DNA of 64,000 nt, taken from the NCBI GenBank assembly GCA_023511455.1, contig JAIMBJ010000014.1:1949-65948 (forward strand). The letters run 5' to 3'. The position numbers and the translations under genes were made by a program. Below are positions 16,668-25,884 of this stretch, piece after piece. Every line of letters starts with the position of its first letter. Position 1 is the first letter of the stretch. The stretch comes from Bacillota bacterium. GTDB taxonomy: Bacteria; Armatimonadota; HRBIN16. The notes beneath the pieces are model-generated. The model did not search any database and was not told where the DNA came from. It saw nothing but the letters and a program-made list of their open reading frames with translations.

Positions 16668-18140
16668 TTACCCCGGACGTTTCACCCTCTTTAACTGCTC
16701 CGCCAGCGGGGAGTTTCTGTAGAAGTCGTCCAGCGGGTAGCATCCTGAAGGCAATCCGTTACGCGGGGCGGTAGTGCAATCGCTGAAGGTGCGGCAGATG
16801 CGTTTGGTCTGCAGCGGTCTGCCTTCCAGTATGTCGCGCGGCAGTTCAGGGTATGCCAGCATTATCCGTCCCAGCCCCACCAGGTCCGTCCATCCCTCGC
16901 GCACGGCCGCCTGCGCCACATACGGAATGTAGTCCTGCAGGTAGGTATATGCTGTGCCCACGATGACCATGTCCGGGAACTGCTGTTTCAACGTGCGCAC
17001 AGCCCACATTTGCCGCGCCACGCCCACCAGCGGGTCTTCAGGGGGCTGATAGCCGTCAGAGGGCGGGTACAGGGCAGGACGCTGGATGTGCGGGTTATAA
17101 TAGGGACTGCCGGCGGTAAGGTTGACCAGCCGGATGTCCAGCTCGCGCAGCAGGGCGAGAAAGGCGGCAGGCTCGGTCAGGTCGGGTTCGGTCGGGTTCT
17201 GCGGGTTCACGCCGAAGCCCCACTGGTAGGGCAGCAGATGTTCGAACGGCTCCGGCATGCCGATGCCCGGCTTGCCCGGTCGCGATGTTGCCGGGTCGGG
17301 GCGGAAGGGCACCATGTCGAACGCCGACAGCCGAACGCCGATGCGCAAGTGGGGCGTCTCCGCACGGATGCCCTGCACCACCTCCCGCAGGAAGCGGGTG
17401 CGGTTCCCGAAGCTGCCGCCGTAGTCGCCTTCGCGCGTGTGCGCACTCAGAAACTCGTGTCCCAGATAGCCATGGCAGTGCTTGATGTCCACAAAGTCGA
17501 ACCCAATCTGCCACGCCAGTTTCGCCGCGCGGATGAACGAGTCGATAATGTGCCGAACGTCGCCATCGGTGAGCGAGGGATAGTCATCGGGCAGGTTCAG
17601 CCGCCTGTCCAGAATGGGATGGCGATACAGGATTCGCGGGGCAGGCTTGTCGTCGGGACGGCTGTAGCGACCGGAATGGGTGAGCTGCAAGCCGATGACG
17701 AGTCCGTCGGTGGAGCCGCAGGCTTTACGGTGCTCTTCGACCAGCGCGTCGCGCAATCTGGCGAGGTCGTCGCGCGTGTGTTCGTTTAATACGAGCTGGT
17801 TGGGGTTCGCCCTGCCATCGTGCTGTACGGCTATCGCCTCGCCGCCCCAGATGAGCTTGGCTCCGCTGCTTCCAAAGCGTCGCCATCGGCGGAAGGTCAT
17901 CTCCGAAGGTCTGCCGTCGCGCGTGCCGTCCCAGCCCTCCATCGGCTGCACGGCAAAACGGTTGCCGATAGTGAATCCATCTGCTGTTATCGGCTGGGCG
18001 AGGGGCGAGGCATCCCCCACCAGCACCTGCCGATCGCAGGGGATATGCAGATTCAGCTGCTGTATCGCAGCAAGGAACTCGTCGACGCTCTTTAATGATG
18101 CCAGCTTCACGTAGTCGCTCATGGTGGAAGGTTTCGACAT
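16668..18140 (-). CDS. Old Yellow Enzyme-family NADH:flavin oxidoreductase
   Basis: [19 protein letters not shown] and [29 protein letters not shown]. Alternative start at 18122. Confidence 0.85.
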   Translation of the reverse strand: MSKPSTMSDYVKLASLKSVDEFLAAIQQLNLHIPCDRQVLVGDASPLAQPITADGFTIGNRFAVQPMEGWDGTRDGRPSEMTFRRWRRFGSSGAKLIWGGEAIAVQHDGRANPNQLVLNEHTRDDLARLRDALVEEHRKACGSTDGLVIGLQLTHSGRYSRPDDKPAPRILYRHPILDRRLNLPDDYPSLTDGDVRHIIDSFIRAAKLAWQIGFDFVDIKHCHGYLGHEFLSAHTREGDYGGSFGNRTRFLREVVQGIRAETPHLRIGVRLSAFDMVPFRPDPATSRPGKPGIGMPEPFEHLLPYQWGFGVNPQNPTEPDLTEPAAFLALLRELDIRLVNLTAGSPYYNPHIQRPALYPPSDGYQPPEDPLVGVARQMWAVRTLKQQFPDMVIVGTAYTYLQDYIPYVAQAAVREGWTDLVGLGRIMLAYPELPRDILEGRPLQTKRICRTFSDCTTAPRNGLPSGCYPLDDFYRNSPLAEQLKRVKRPG

Positions 18141-18165
18141 GCAGGGCGCAAGTCCTGTGCGCACG

Positions 18166-18957
18166 TTACCTCTCTAAAAACATCACCAGGCACTTGCACG
18201 CGCCGCCGCTTTTGATAAACTCGCTCATCGGTATCGGTACCACCGAATAGCCCTTGCGCTCCAGCAGGCTTTTCAGTAGCCAGCAGCCATCGGGCATCCA
18301 TACGGTGTTGCCAATCACCACGCTGTTGCAGGCGAAGCGCAGAGCCTCTTCCTGCGTCACATACAGGGTGTGGTAGTGTTCCTCTATCACGCGGCGGGCA
18401 TAAGGGTCGAACGCGCCCGGATAGTACACCACCGTGTGCGCGTCCAGCACAAACAGCGCGGTGTCCAGATGATACCAGCGATCGTCTATCAGCTCCAGCG
18501 AAAGCACCTCCTGCTGAAGAATATCCGCTGCGATGCGATGGGCGCACATCTCCGTGCGTTTTCGGTAGCCCGCCAGGTAACGCTTGCCTGCCCACAGGAT
18601 GTCGCCCTCGCCCTCGAACGGGCAATCTTCGGGCATAGTGAGCACCGTGTAACCGTGCTCCTCGAACCAGCGGCGGAAGTGCGGTTCCTCGGGCTGGCGT
18701 TCGGGATGGCGGAAGCGACTGAGCAGCACCGTTTTTTCGCCCACCATCAACCCCGCGTTGGCGGTGAAGACCATATCGGGGCACTCGGGGGCAGGAGCGA
18801 CCAGCTCCACCTGTGCCAGCCTCTGAACCTGTTCGTACAGCATTCTCCACTGTCGGGCGGCAAGGGGCAGGTCGGGCTTGTTCTCCAGATGCATCCAGGC
18901 GTTAATCTCGTAGCGCAGGTCGTAGTGGTCGGGTGGACACATCAGTACCCGTGCCAT
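18166..18957 (-). CDS. Amidinotransferase / guanidino-group-modifying enzyme superfamily protein (DDAH / arginine dihydrolase-like)
   Basis: [21 protein letters not shown] and a C-terminal SGGACKC nucleophile-type motif. Confidence 0.8.
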   Translation of the reverse strand: MARVLMCPPDHYDLRYEINAWMHLENKPDLPLAARQWRMLYEQVQRLAQVELVAPAPECPDMVFTANAGLMVGEKTVLLSRFRHPERQPEEPHFRRWFEEHGYTVLTMPEDCPFEGEGDILWAGKRYLAGYRKRTEMCAHRIAADILQQEVLSLELIDDRWYHLDTALFVLDAHTVVYYPGAFDPYARRVIEEHYHTLYVTQEEALRFACNSVVIGNTVWMPDGCWLLKSLLERKGYSVVPIPMSEFIKSGGACKCLVMFLER

Positions 18958-18960
18958 GGC

Positions 18961-20184
18961 TCAATCCTCTCCGCACAGCTGCGTCGCCAGCTCTTTCAAG
19001 AAGAAAGCGCAGTCGGTAACGATGCCGAACGCCTGATGCGAGCCGCGGTCTGTCAATTTGATGACGGTATCGGCGTTGGCGTCGATGCAGAAGGTAGTGA
19101 CCGAAGCAGGAAGCAGGTTACCCGTGGCGATGGAGTGCAGGGTGGTGGCCACCATCAGCGCCAGCCCCACGTCGCGGATAGCTTCGCGCATGGCATCCTG
19201 TGCCTGCACCGTGTCGGTGATGACGTCGGGAAGCGGTCCGTCATCGCGGATACTGCCTGCCAGCACGTAGTGAACTCCCGCCACCACGCAGGCGTGCATG
19301 ATGCCGCCCTTCAGGATGCCTTTCTCCACTGCCTGACGGATGCCGCCTGCTGCGCGGATGGTGTTAATCGCCCGCAGATGGTGTTCGTGTCCGTGTGTTT
19401 CGGGCACGCCCGTCTCCAGGGCAACGCCCAGCGAGGTGCCGTATAGCACGCGCTCGATGTCGTGCGTCGCCAGCGCGTTGCCTGCGAAAAGCACGTCGAT
19501 CCAGCCGCTGCGAATCAGTCGCTCCAGATAGGGTGCCGCACCCGTATGCACAATCGCGGGTCCGCCCACGAACAGCACCTTTTGCCCTCGCATTTTGGTT
19601 TCGCGCACAGCGCGTGCCACCGCCTGCACGATGCGCGTCTTGGGCTTTTCGAGAGAGACCTCACTGCCCATGAAGTGGAACACGCTCTCCGCCTCGCGTC
19701 GGGGCATGGGGGTTACCCGAACGCCTGCGCTACCCACCACAAACAGGTCGCCCTTTCGCGCCCAGTGCAGGGGAACGCACTCCGCCCACCAACCCGATTC
19801 GGTGCGGGTAACACGGATGCCGCAGTCCATCTCAATGCGTTCCACGGGTATCCACGTGCCCTCCACGCGCACGAAGGTCTCGAGATTGGTGGTGGAGTAG
19901 AAGCCTTCGGGAAACACGCCGTCCTGCGGAGCGGGTTGCAGGCTGGCGTCGTCCTGAGAGATGAGCGCGCCGTGTTGCTGCACTTCGTGCAGGGCACGTT
20001 GCAGGCTCTCCTCACTGGGCGCGATGACCAGTATCTCCGCGTGACTGGGCTCGTCGTGCGATTTGCCGATGCGGAACTCGCGTATCTCGTAGTCCACACC
20101 CGCCGCCACCAGAATATCCAGCACCTTCGACAGCGTCAGCGAGTCGATGATGTGCCCGTCGAGCGTAATCAGTTCGGTGTACAT
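18961..20184 (-). CDS. LOR/SDH-domain protein (TIGR00300-type, archaeal-type ornithine cyclodeaminase-like)
   Basis: MYTELITLDGHIIDSLTLSKVLDILVAAGVDYEIREFRIGKSHDEPSHAEILV matches the PF04455-type N-terminus as I remember it. GGGGAGG SD. Confidence 0.75.
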   Translation of the reverse strand: MYTELITLDGHIIDSLTLSKVLDILVAAGVDYEIREFRIGKSHDEPSHAEILVIAPSEESLQRALHEVQQHGALISQDDASLQPAPQDGVFPEGFYSTTNLETFVRVEGTWIPVERIEMDCGIRVTRTESGWWAECVPLHWARKGDLFVVGSAGVRVTPMPRREAESVFHFMGSEVSLEKPKTRIVQAVARAVRETKMRGQKVLFVGGPAIVHTGAAPYLERLIRSGWIDVLFAGNALATHDIERVLYGTSLGVALETGVPETHGHEHHLRAINTIRAAGGIRQAVEKGILKGGIMHACVVAGVHYVLAGSIRDDGPLPDVITDTVQAQDAMREAIRDVGLALMVATTLHSIATGNLLPASVTTFCIDANADTVIKLTDRGSHQAFGIVTDCAFFLKELATQLCGED

Positions 20185-20197
20185 GGTCGCCTCCCCG

Positions 20198-21976
20198 TCA
20201 CGGTTGTGCCTGCAGCCACTCGTCCCAGTGGGTGGCTCGCGCGAAAGCCAGCAGGTTATAGCGCGTCTCGAACTCGCTGGGGCGAGGTACGTAGATGGAC
20301 AGCCCATGCGAACGGTTCACCCGTCGGTTGCTGTGCGCTTCGGCAATCACCGCCTGCGATAGGGCGTTCTGCACGCCGTTGATGGCGTCGGTCAACGCCG
20401 GTGAACTGGCCAGTCGGGTACGCAGTTGCTCGGTATAGTCCCACAGGTCTTTGAAGGTATATTCCGCGTATGCCTGCGCGTTCTCGCGGGCGGCGGCGAC
20501 GGCGGCGTGGTCAGTCGCCACGCGCAGCAGCACCTGTGCAAGCACATCTACCCTCTGCGCAACATCTTCGATCAAAGAAGCGTCCAGCGCGGACTGCGTG
20601 ATGTTATCGGTGCTGTCGGGGTTGTAGTAGTTGATGGTCTGCGTGACGATTTGCGCCGCGAAGTCGCGCACGGGGATGTTTGGGTTGGCAATGACCGGCG
20701 CCAGGATGCGATGGTAGGGGTAACCGGGTGCAGGCGGGCTTTCTTCGGAACCCACGATGTAATCGCCCAGATTGCGTATTTCGTATGCCACCTCCAGCAT
20801 CTGCATCAGCGAGGCATCAAAAGCGATAATGTTCCATCGGACGCCCACGCTCAGCGCCAGCGGCAGCTCCCAGATACGGATGTGATTACCCGTGTTATCG
20901 TCGTAGGAGACGCCGCGCGCGAGGATGTTCAACCTGTCGCGATACGCCCGCCAGCCTGCACCGTGATTCCATATCACCACCATGTATTTGCGCGCGGGGA
21001 AGCTGCGCACGCCCCACTGCAGGAACTCACGCAGGGTGTTGGGATTGCCCATGTCCACCCCCGTTCCCATGTCCACCAGCAGATTAGCGTTGACCGTTTC
21101 GGGGTCGTTGTCTTTGGTGACGTAGTAGCGTCTGGTGGTGCGCCAGTCGCCGTTACTGCTGTCATAGCCTGCGATGCGCTTCCACTGCACCACGATGTTT
21201 ACGTCCGCCGTGGAGCCGAGCTGTTCCATTTCGTTCATGTCGTCCACGCTGTCTGGCTCCAGATTGTTTGCGGCGTTCATGAACACCAGTATCGTCCACT
21301 CGCGGGTGACGGTTTGCACGCCCACGGAGGCGTTTGCGCTCAGCCCCAGACTGTCTACACTGGCGGTCACCGCGACACTGCCCGGAGCCAGCGCGCGGGC
21401 AACGCCGTCCGATTGCAGGTTCACCACATTGCTATCGCTCACACTCCATCGCACCACTGTACCGGCAGGCAGCAGCAGGTAGCGTCCCTGCGCGTCCACG
21501 CCCAGCACCGACAACGGCAGTATCTGTCCGGGTGTGAGCGTAACCACTTCCGGCAGGATAGCAAGGGCGACAGGGGTTCCACCGGTTGCCACGTTCAGCC
21601 GCTGCGGGGTATCCTGCACAATCTGCACGGTAATGTCCCCGCTGGCGACCGGCGTGCCGATGGCGTTCTGGTTGTTGTAGACGGCAAGCTGCAGGCGATA
21701 CGTACCGCTCTCGAGCTGGGCTGTCCATCCGGTAGAGGGAGTATCCGCCCGGCTCAGTACCACATCCTGAATCAGTTTGTCCGCACGGTACAGCGTGACG
21801 CGCACTGCATGGGGTGAAGAGGGGTCACCGCGGTTGCCCGTCCAGATAACGGTAAGCACCAGACTGCCGGAACCGTTGATGGGGGGATTGGTACCGCTAT
21901 GAAACATCCCGCAGCCCGAGAGGGGCAACACGAGTAGCAATAGCAGAGCAAAATCTCTCGAACGGGGTAAGGTCAA
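20198..21976 (-). CDS. Lipoprotein with Big_2-like Ig domain and clostripain-like (C11) peptidase domain, Cys-to-Ser at the nucleophile position
   Basis: Lipobox LPLSGC. VVRWSVSDSNVVNL..GSVAVTASV resembles Big_2. C11-like region: ILVFMNAANNL, VIWNHGAGW, IAFDASLMQMLEVAYE. Confidence 0.8.
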   Translation of the reverse strand: MTLPRSRDFALLLLLVLPLSGCGMFHSGTNPPINGSGSLVLTVIWTGNRGDPSSPHAVRVTLYRADKLIQDVVLSRADTPSTGWTAQLESGTYRLQLAVYNNQNAIGTPVASGDITVQIVQDTPQRLNVATGGTPVALAILPEVVTLTPGQILPLSVLGVDAQGRYLLLPAGTVVRWSVSDSNVVNLQSDGVARALAPGSVAVTASVDSLGLSANASVGVQTVTREWTILVFMNAANNLEPDSVDDMNEMEQLGSTADVNIVVQWKRIAGYDSSNGDWRTTRRYYVTKDNDPETVNANLLVDMGTGVDMGNPNTLREFLQWGVRSFPARKYMVVIWNHGAGWRAYRDRLNILARGVSYDDNTGNHIRIWELPLALSVGVRWNIIAFDASLMQMLEVAYEIRNLGDYIVGSEESPPAPGYPYHRILAPVIANPNIPVRDFAAQIVTQTINYYNPDSTDNITQSALDASLIEDVAQRVDVLAQVLLRVATDHAAVAAARENAQAYAEYTFKDLWDYTEQLRTRLASSPALTDAINGVQNALSQAVIAEAHSNRRVNRSHGLSIYVPRPSEFETRYNLLAFARATHWDEWLQAQP

Positions 21977-22803
21977 GGATCGAAAACCTCCTTCTCATCC
22001 AGTTTGAATATATCGACGAGTGCGACCGCCAGCCCGTTTTGCTCTATCGACGGGGCAATGCGGTGCGCCAGCGCTTTCACGGCGGGTTTGGCGTTGCCCA
22101 TCGCCACTGCATAGCCCGCCCAGCGTAGCATCGGGATATCGTTGTTGCCGTCGCCGATAGCCAGCACCCGCTCGCGCGGCACGCCCAGCTGATACGCCAG
22201 CCTTTGCAGGGTGCGCGCCTTGTTCGCTGCCGGATGCATAAACTCCAGATACTCATCGTTGCTCTTGATGATGTTCAGCCGCTCGCCGAAACGTTGCAGG
22301 AACTGTTCCCGCAATTTATCGGTCGTTTCGGGGGTGTCAATGAGGATGAGTTTGGTCGGCGACTGTCCCCGAAAGCGTGTGAGGCTACCTGCTGGTTCAA
22401 TGATTGAGCCTGTGCGCTGGTGGTACAGCTGCGACCACGGCGTCTCCTCTTTCACGTACAGGTGGTCGTTCAGGTAGTAGTTCAGGTGGTAGCCGTGCGT
22501 CTCGCAAAAATCCACGATGGCATCGGCGAAGGCGGCTGGCACGGTGAGGTGGAACCAGATGAAGCCATCTCGCGGGTGTTTGACCATCGCGCCGTTGTAA
22601 GAAAGGATGGGGGCGTTCAGAGCTGCCTCATGCCAGAAGCGTTCGGTGGCGGCGTGCATCCTGCCGGAGGCGATGACCACGTATGCCCCCCGCTGCGCCA
22701 CCGCGTGCATCGCCCGCAGGTCGATGGGGGAACAGCGGTTCTGCTCATCCGCCAGCGTGCCGTCTAAATCCACTGCGACCAGATTGAAAGGAAGAGATTT
22801 CAT
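21973..22803 (-). CDS. Cof-type HAD-IIB phosphatase
   Basis: VAVDLDGTL, SGR and AIGDGNNDIPML motifs. Confidence 0.85.
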   Translation of the reverse strand: MKSLPFNLVAVDLDGTLADEQNRCSPIDLRAMHAVAQRGAYVVIASGRMHAATERFWHEAALNAPILSYNGAMVKHPRDGFIWFHLTVPAAFADAIVDFCETHGYHLNYYLNDHLYVKEETPWSQLYHQRTGSIIEPAGSLTRFRGQSPTKLILIDTPETTDKLREQFLQRFGERLNIIKSNDEYLEFMHPAANKARTLQRLAYQLGVPRERVLAIGDGNNDIPMLRWAGYAVAMGNAKPAVKALAHRIAPSIEQNGLAVALVDIFKLDEKEVFDP

Positions 22804-22842
22804 CTTGACCCCTCGGGTCTCGTTCGGAAGTCGCCCGGTTCC

Positions 22843-24765
22843 CTAACGGGTCGGGGCGCGCCAACCGCTGTAGAGTGCCCAGCCAATCCAGCCCTGCTCC
22901 CGGTCGCTTTCCAGCGTTCGCACCTCGTTCCCTCGCTTTTCGCGCACCTTCACCGGGTAGCAGTTGCCCGCGAAGGCAATCTCACGCAGTCCCATAACGC
23001 ACAACGATGCATCCACGATGTCAAAAAGCGGACGACGGTCGCTCTCCTCCGTGCCGAAGCCGTAAACAAACATGCCCAGCACCTCCGTGCGTCCACCGTC
23101 GCTGGTAAGAATCCTTATACCCCGACCTTCGTTCTTCATTCCCAGCACCCACAGGTCGCCGCCCCGATTCTGTACCAGTCCGACATCGCTGTCGCCCTCC
23201 GGGTTCAGCTGACGCGCCCACGCTTTTTGCCCCCGCTTCCGAAGATCCAGAAACCCCGACACGTTGGTCGCGAAGATGTCTCCTCCGCCATTCCCCACCA
23301 GCAACACGCCACCGCTCTCCATCACCAGCGTGCGCGAAGTAGACCGGTTTTCCAGTGTGACGGGTGGACCACCAAACGCATCCAGGTTTTGAAACTTGAC
23401 CACCGGCGCCGAACGGTCATCTACCACGAAGCGCCCTTCCGGACCTCCCATGATTCGCCCAAAGCCCAATCCTATGATGTGTCGCACGCTGCCATGCACT
23501 CGCACCGGTCGTTCCAGATTATACCAGTTTGGGTCGGTTCCCCTGATGCCTCGCAGGTAGACGGTCGTCTTGCCCTGAGCCGCTGCGGTATCGATGGCTT
23601 TTTGTATCGCCTCGGAGTCGTCCTGATTGTGCCCTGCTTTGGCACCGAAATCGTTGGCGCAAACCCAGCGCGATGGGTTGGTCTCCCACGGCACGGCCGG
23701 CTCCCGCTTGATGGGCAACCGCAGGGCGCGCTCGGGCGAATCGTACAGCTTCTTGACCTCGTGCGAGATGTACTCCTCGATGAACGGTGTCTTCACATCG
23801 CCGCTCGGTGTCTCTCCCTTCAGCGCGAGGCGGTAGCCGCGGGTGCGCACGTTGCGCGCGTAAAGCACACTCCGATTGTGGATGGCATGGTCGCCCGGCG
23901 TTCGTGTGATGAATCGAGCGTTTACCAGTGCGACAACGCCCCCCCACCATGTCCAGTCGTTGGGAAAGTCGCAAAAAAGTCCGAGTGGTGTGTTCTCCAC
24001 CGTCAGGTCTTCGATGCCGACGGCGGTCCCGCTCACGTAGACGCCCAGCTTTTGGCAGTTGCGGATGGTGATTCGGGACAGCGTATGCCCCCAGTTCCAC
24101 TGACACACGATGCCCGTTTCGAAGCCGTCGATTTCCACGTCCTGATTCAGGTTGGGGCTGCTCTGGTCGATGAAGCCCGCGTTAATGCCCACCTTACCCC
24201 TGCCGATTACGCGCACGTTCTTAATGATACCGGTGTTGGTGGCGCACCAGCGGATGCCATCGGTTTCCGGATTGTTGCCCACGTCGACGGTGAAGTTGTA
24301 GAGGTTGCGCATGAACCAGTCCGCCGAGGTCGGAGCGCTTTCGCGCGGATGCGTGCGGATGACCGCATTGCAATCCTTCACTGCGTCGTCGAGACGGATG
24401 ACCACCCCGTCGCGCGTCTCGCCGTAAATCCACGGACCGATTGCCGCGTTCACGACCAGGGTGCGGGTTACCCGATACACACCGTTGGGCAGGTATAGCA
24501 CCCGCGTCGGTCCGCCGATGCCGCAACTGGCGTCAATCCCCTTCTGCAGCGCGTCGGTATCATCCGTCACGCCATCGCCCTTTGCGCCCAGGTCGCGCTT
24601 CGCGTCCAGCACCGACGGGTCCTTTGGAAAAACAATACGATCAGTGGCTACCTGCGGAACAGAAGGCGACTTCGCCCTCTGTTCCTGCGGCGCTGTGGTT
24701 GCGGAAGTCATCGTCAATGAGACCAGCGCCGCCCCGAGAAAGCGCAGATAAAAAGGTCTTATCAT
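22843..24765 (-). CDS. Secreted right-handed beta-helix protein (pectate-lyase-superfamily / GH55-like, two lobes)
   Basis: Two Pectate_lyase_3-type openers: DLGAKGDGVTDDTDALQKGID and NDFGAKAGHNQDDSEAIQKAID. Signal peptide after the ATG at 24765. Confidence 0.7.
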   Translation of the reverse strand: MIRPFYLRFLGAALVSLTMTSATTAPQEQRAKSPSVPQVATDRIVFPKDPSVLDAKRDLGAKGDGVTDDTDALQKGIDASCGIGGPTRVLYLPNGVYRVTRTLVVNAAIGPWIYGETRDGVVIRLDDAVKDCNAVIRTHPRESAPTSADWFMRNLYNFTVDVGNNPETDGIRWCATNTGIIKNVRVIGRGKVGINAGFIDQSSPNLNQDVEIDGFETGIVCQWNWGHTLSRITIRNCQKLGVYVSGTAVGIEDLTVENTPLGLFCDFPNDWTWWGGVVALVNARFITRTPGDHAIHNRSVLYARNVRTRGYRLALKGETPSGDVKTPFIEEYISHEVKKLYDSPERALRLPIKREPAVPWETNPSRWVCANDFGAKAGHNQDDSEAIQKAIDTAAAQGKTTVYLRGIRGTDPNWYNLERPVRVHGSVRHIIGLGFGRIMGGPEGRFVVDDRSAPVVKFQNLDAFGGPPVTLENRSTSRTLVMESGGVLLVGNGGGDIFATNVSGFLDLRKRGQKAWARQLNPEGDSDVGLVQNRGGDLWVLGMKNEGRGIRILTSDGGRTEVLGMFVYGFGTEESDRRPLFDIVDASLCVMGLREIAFAGNCYPVKVREKRGNEVRTLESDREQGWIGWALYSGWRAPTR

Positions 24766-25043
24766 GTCTACAGGATACACCGTTTGAGGGGCGGTGTCAA
24801 GATTCGCAGCGGATGTACGATAAATCCTCCAGACGCCTCTTGAAAGGCGAGGCTCCTGCCGAACCGTGAAACCAGTCCACACCTGCGACAATGTTGGGAT
24901 TGGGTACGGCTCACCAGGAGGTTCTGTCTCCAATGTCACAGGCTAAAGCCTGCGGCTACATTGTGTGTATTTTCGAACTCCCTCCCAACGACTTGACAGT
25001 GTTGAACGAAAGATGCAAAATAGTCTCGCCATACCGGGAGGTG

Positions 25044-25841
25044 ATGGTGGTGCGATACGCTGCGCGACTTTTTAACACGGCAGACTGGCTGGGCGTCGCC
25101 GCTGTGGTTGTTTCCTACTTCAACTGGTCAAACTACCAGATGGCACAGCGTCAGCGCGGCGAGGTGGAGGTGCATCTGGCGATGGCGCTTGCGCTGGTAG
25201 CGGGGCTGGTCTACCGCGTCTACTGGCAGCGTGTGCCTTCTCGTTATGCGGAAATTGGCGCACGGACAGCGTTTCTGGCTTCGGCGTTGCTGGTGTTTAC
25301 CGGGTGGGTGACGGAGGCGGTTACGCTGGCGGCGGGCGCGAATCTGCAATTCCTTCTGGATGGGGCGCGTTTCTCGGAGAGGGCGCGCTACGCCGTGGCA
25401 TGGGTCAGCCCACTGCTGTACCTGATACTTGTTTTCATCGGGCCCACCAACGAGGATTTCCTGTTCCGAGTGATTTTGGGTATCTATTTTCTCAACATAT
25501 TCGCTTTCGAGATAGAGGAGGAGGCGCACGATGGCAAAAACCCCTATGCGGATGTGCTTGGCGGCACCCTAGCTGTGATAGTTCTTCTATTTCTTCCGGC
25601 AGCGGCAATCTCGCTACTGGTCTATCCAAGGTCACCGACAGTGGAAGGGCAGCTGTTTGAGCGAGTCATGGCTGGCTTCGGCCTGGGTATCCTGCTTCTG
25701 GTGGCGGTCTGGTTGTTTTGGGAGATGCGCAGAGCGAACGGCGGACAGCGACCGCCTGATGCTGGTGTGCGCTCACCGGTGTCGCCGCGCCTGGTTCTCA
25801 CCTCGCAGAATATGCAGCACCCGCCCGAAGAGGGGCAGTAG
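25044..25841 (+). CDS. Polytopic membrane protein, unknown function
   Basis: Several hydrophobic segments. GGGAGG SD before the ATG at 25044. Confidence 0.5.
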   Translation: MVVRYAARLFNTADWLGVAAVVVSYFNWSNYQMAQRQRGEVEVHLAMALALVAGLVYRVYWQRVPSRYAEIGARTAFLASALLVFTGWVTEAVTLAAGANLQFLLDGARFSERARYAVAWVSPLLYLILVFIGPTNEDFLFRVILGIYFLNIFAFEIEEEAHDGKNPYADVLGGTLAVIVLLFLPAAAISLLVYPRSPTVEGQLFERVMAGFGLGILLLVAVWLFWEMRRANGGQRPPDAGVRSPVSPRLVLTSQNMQHPPEEGQ

Positions 25842-25884
25842 AGACGGACCTGTCCTCTGCGGGGTGTATGCCGCGGTTTTCACC

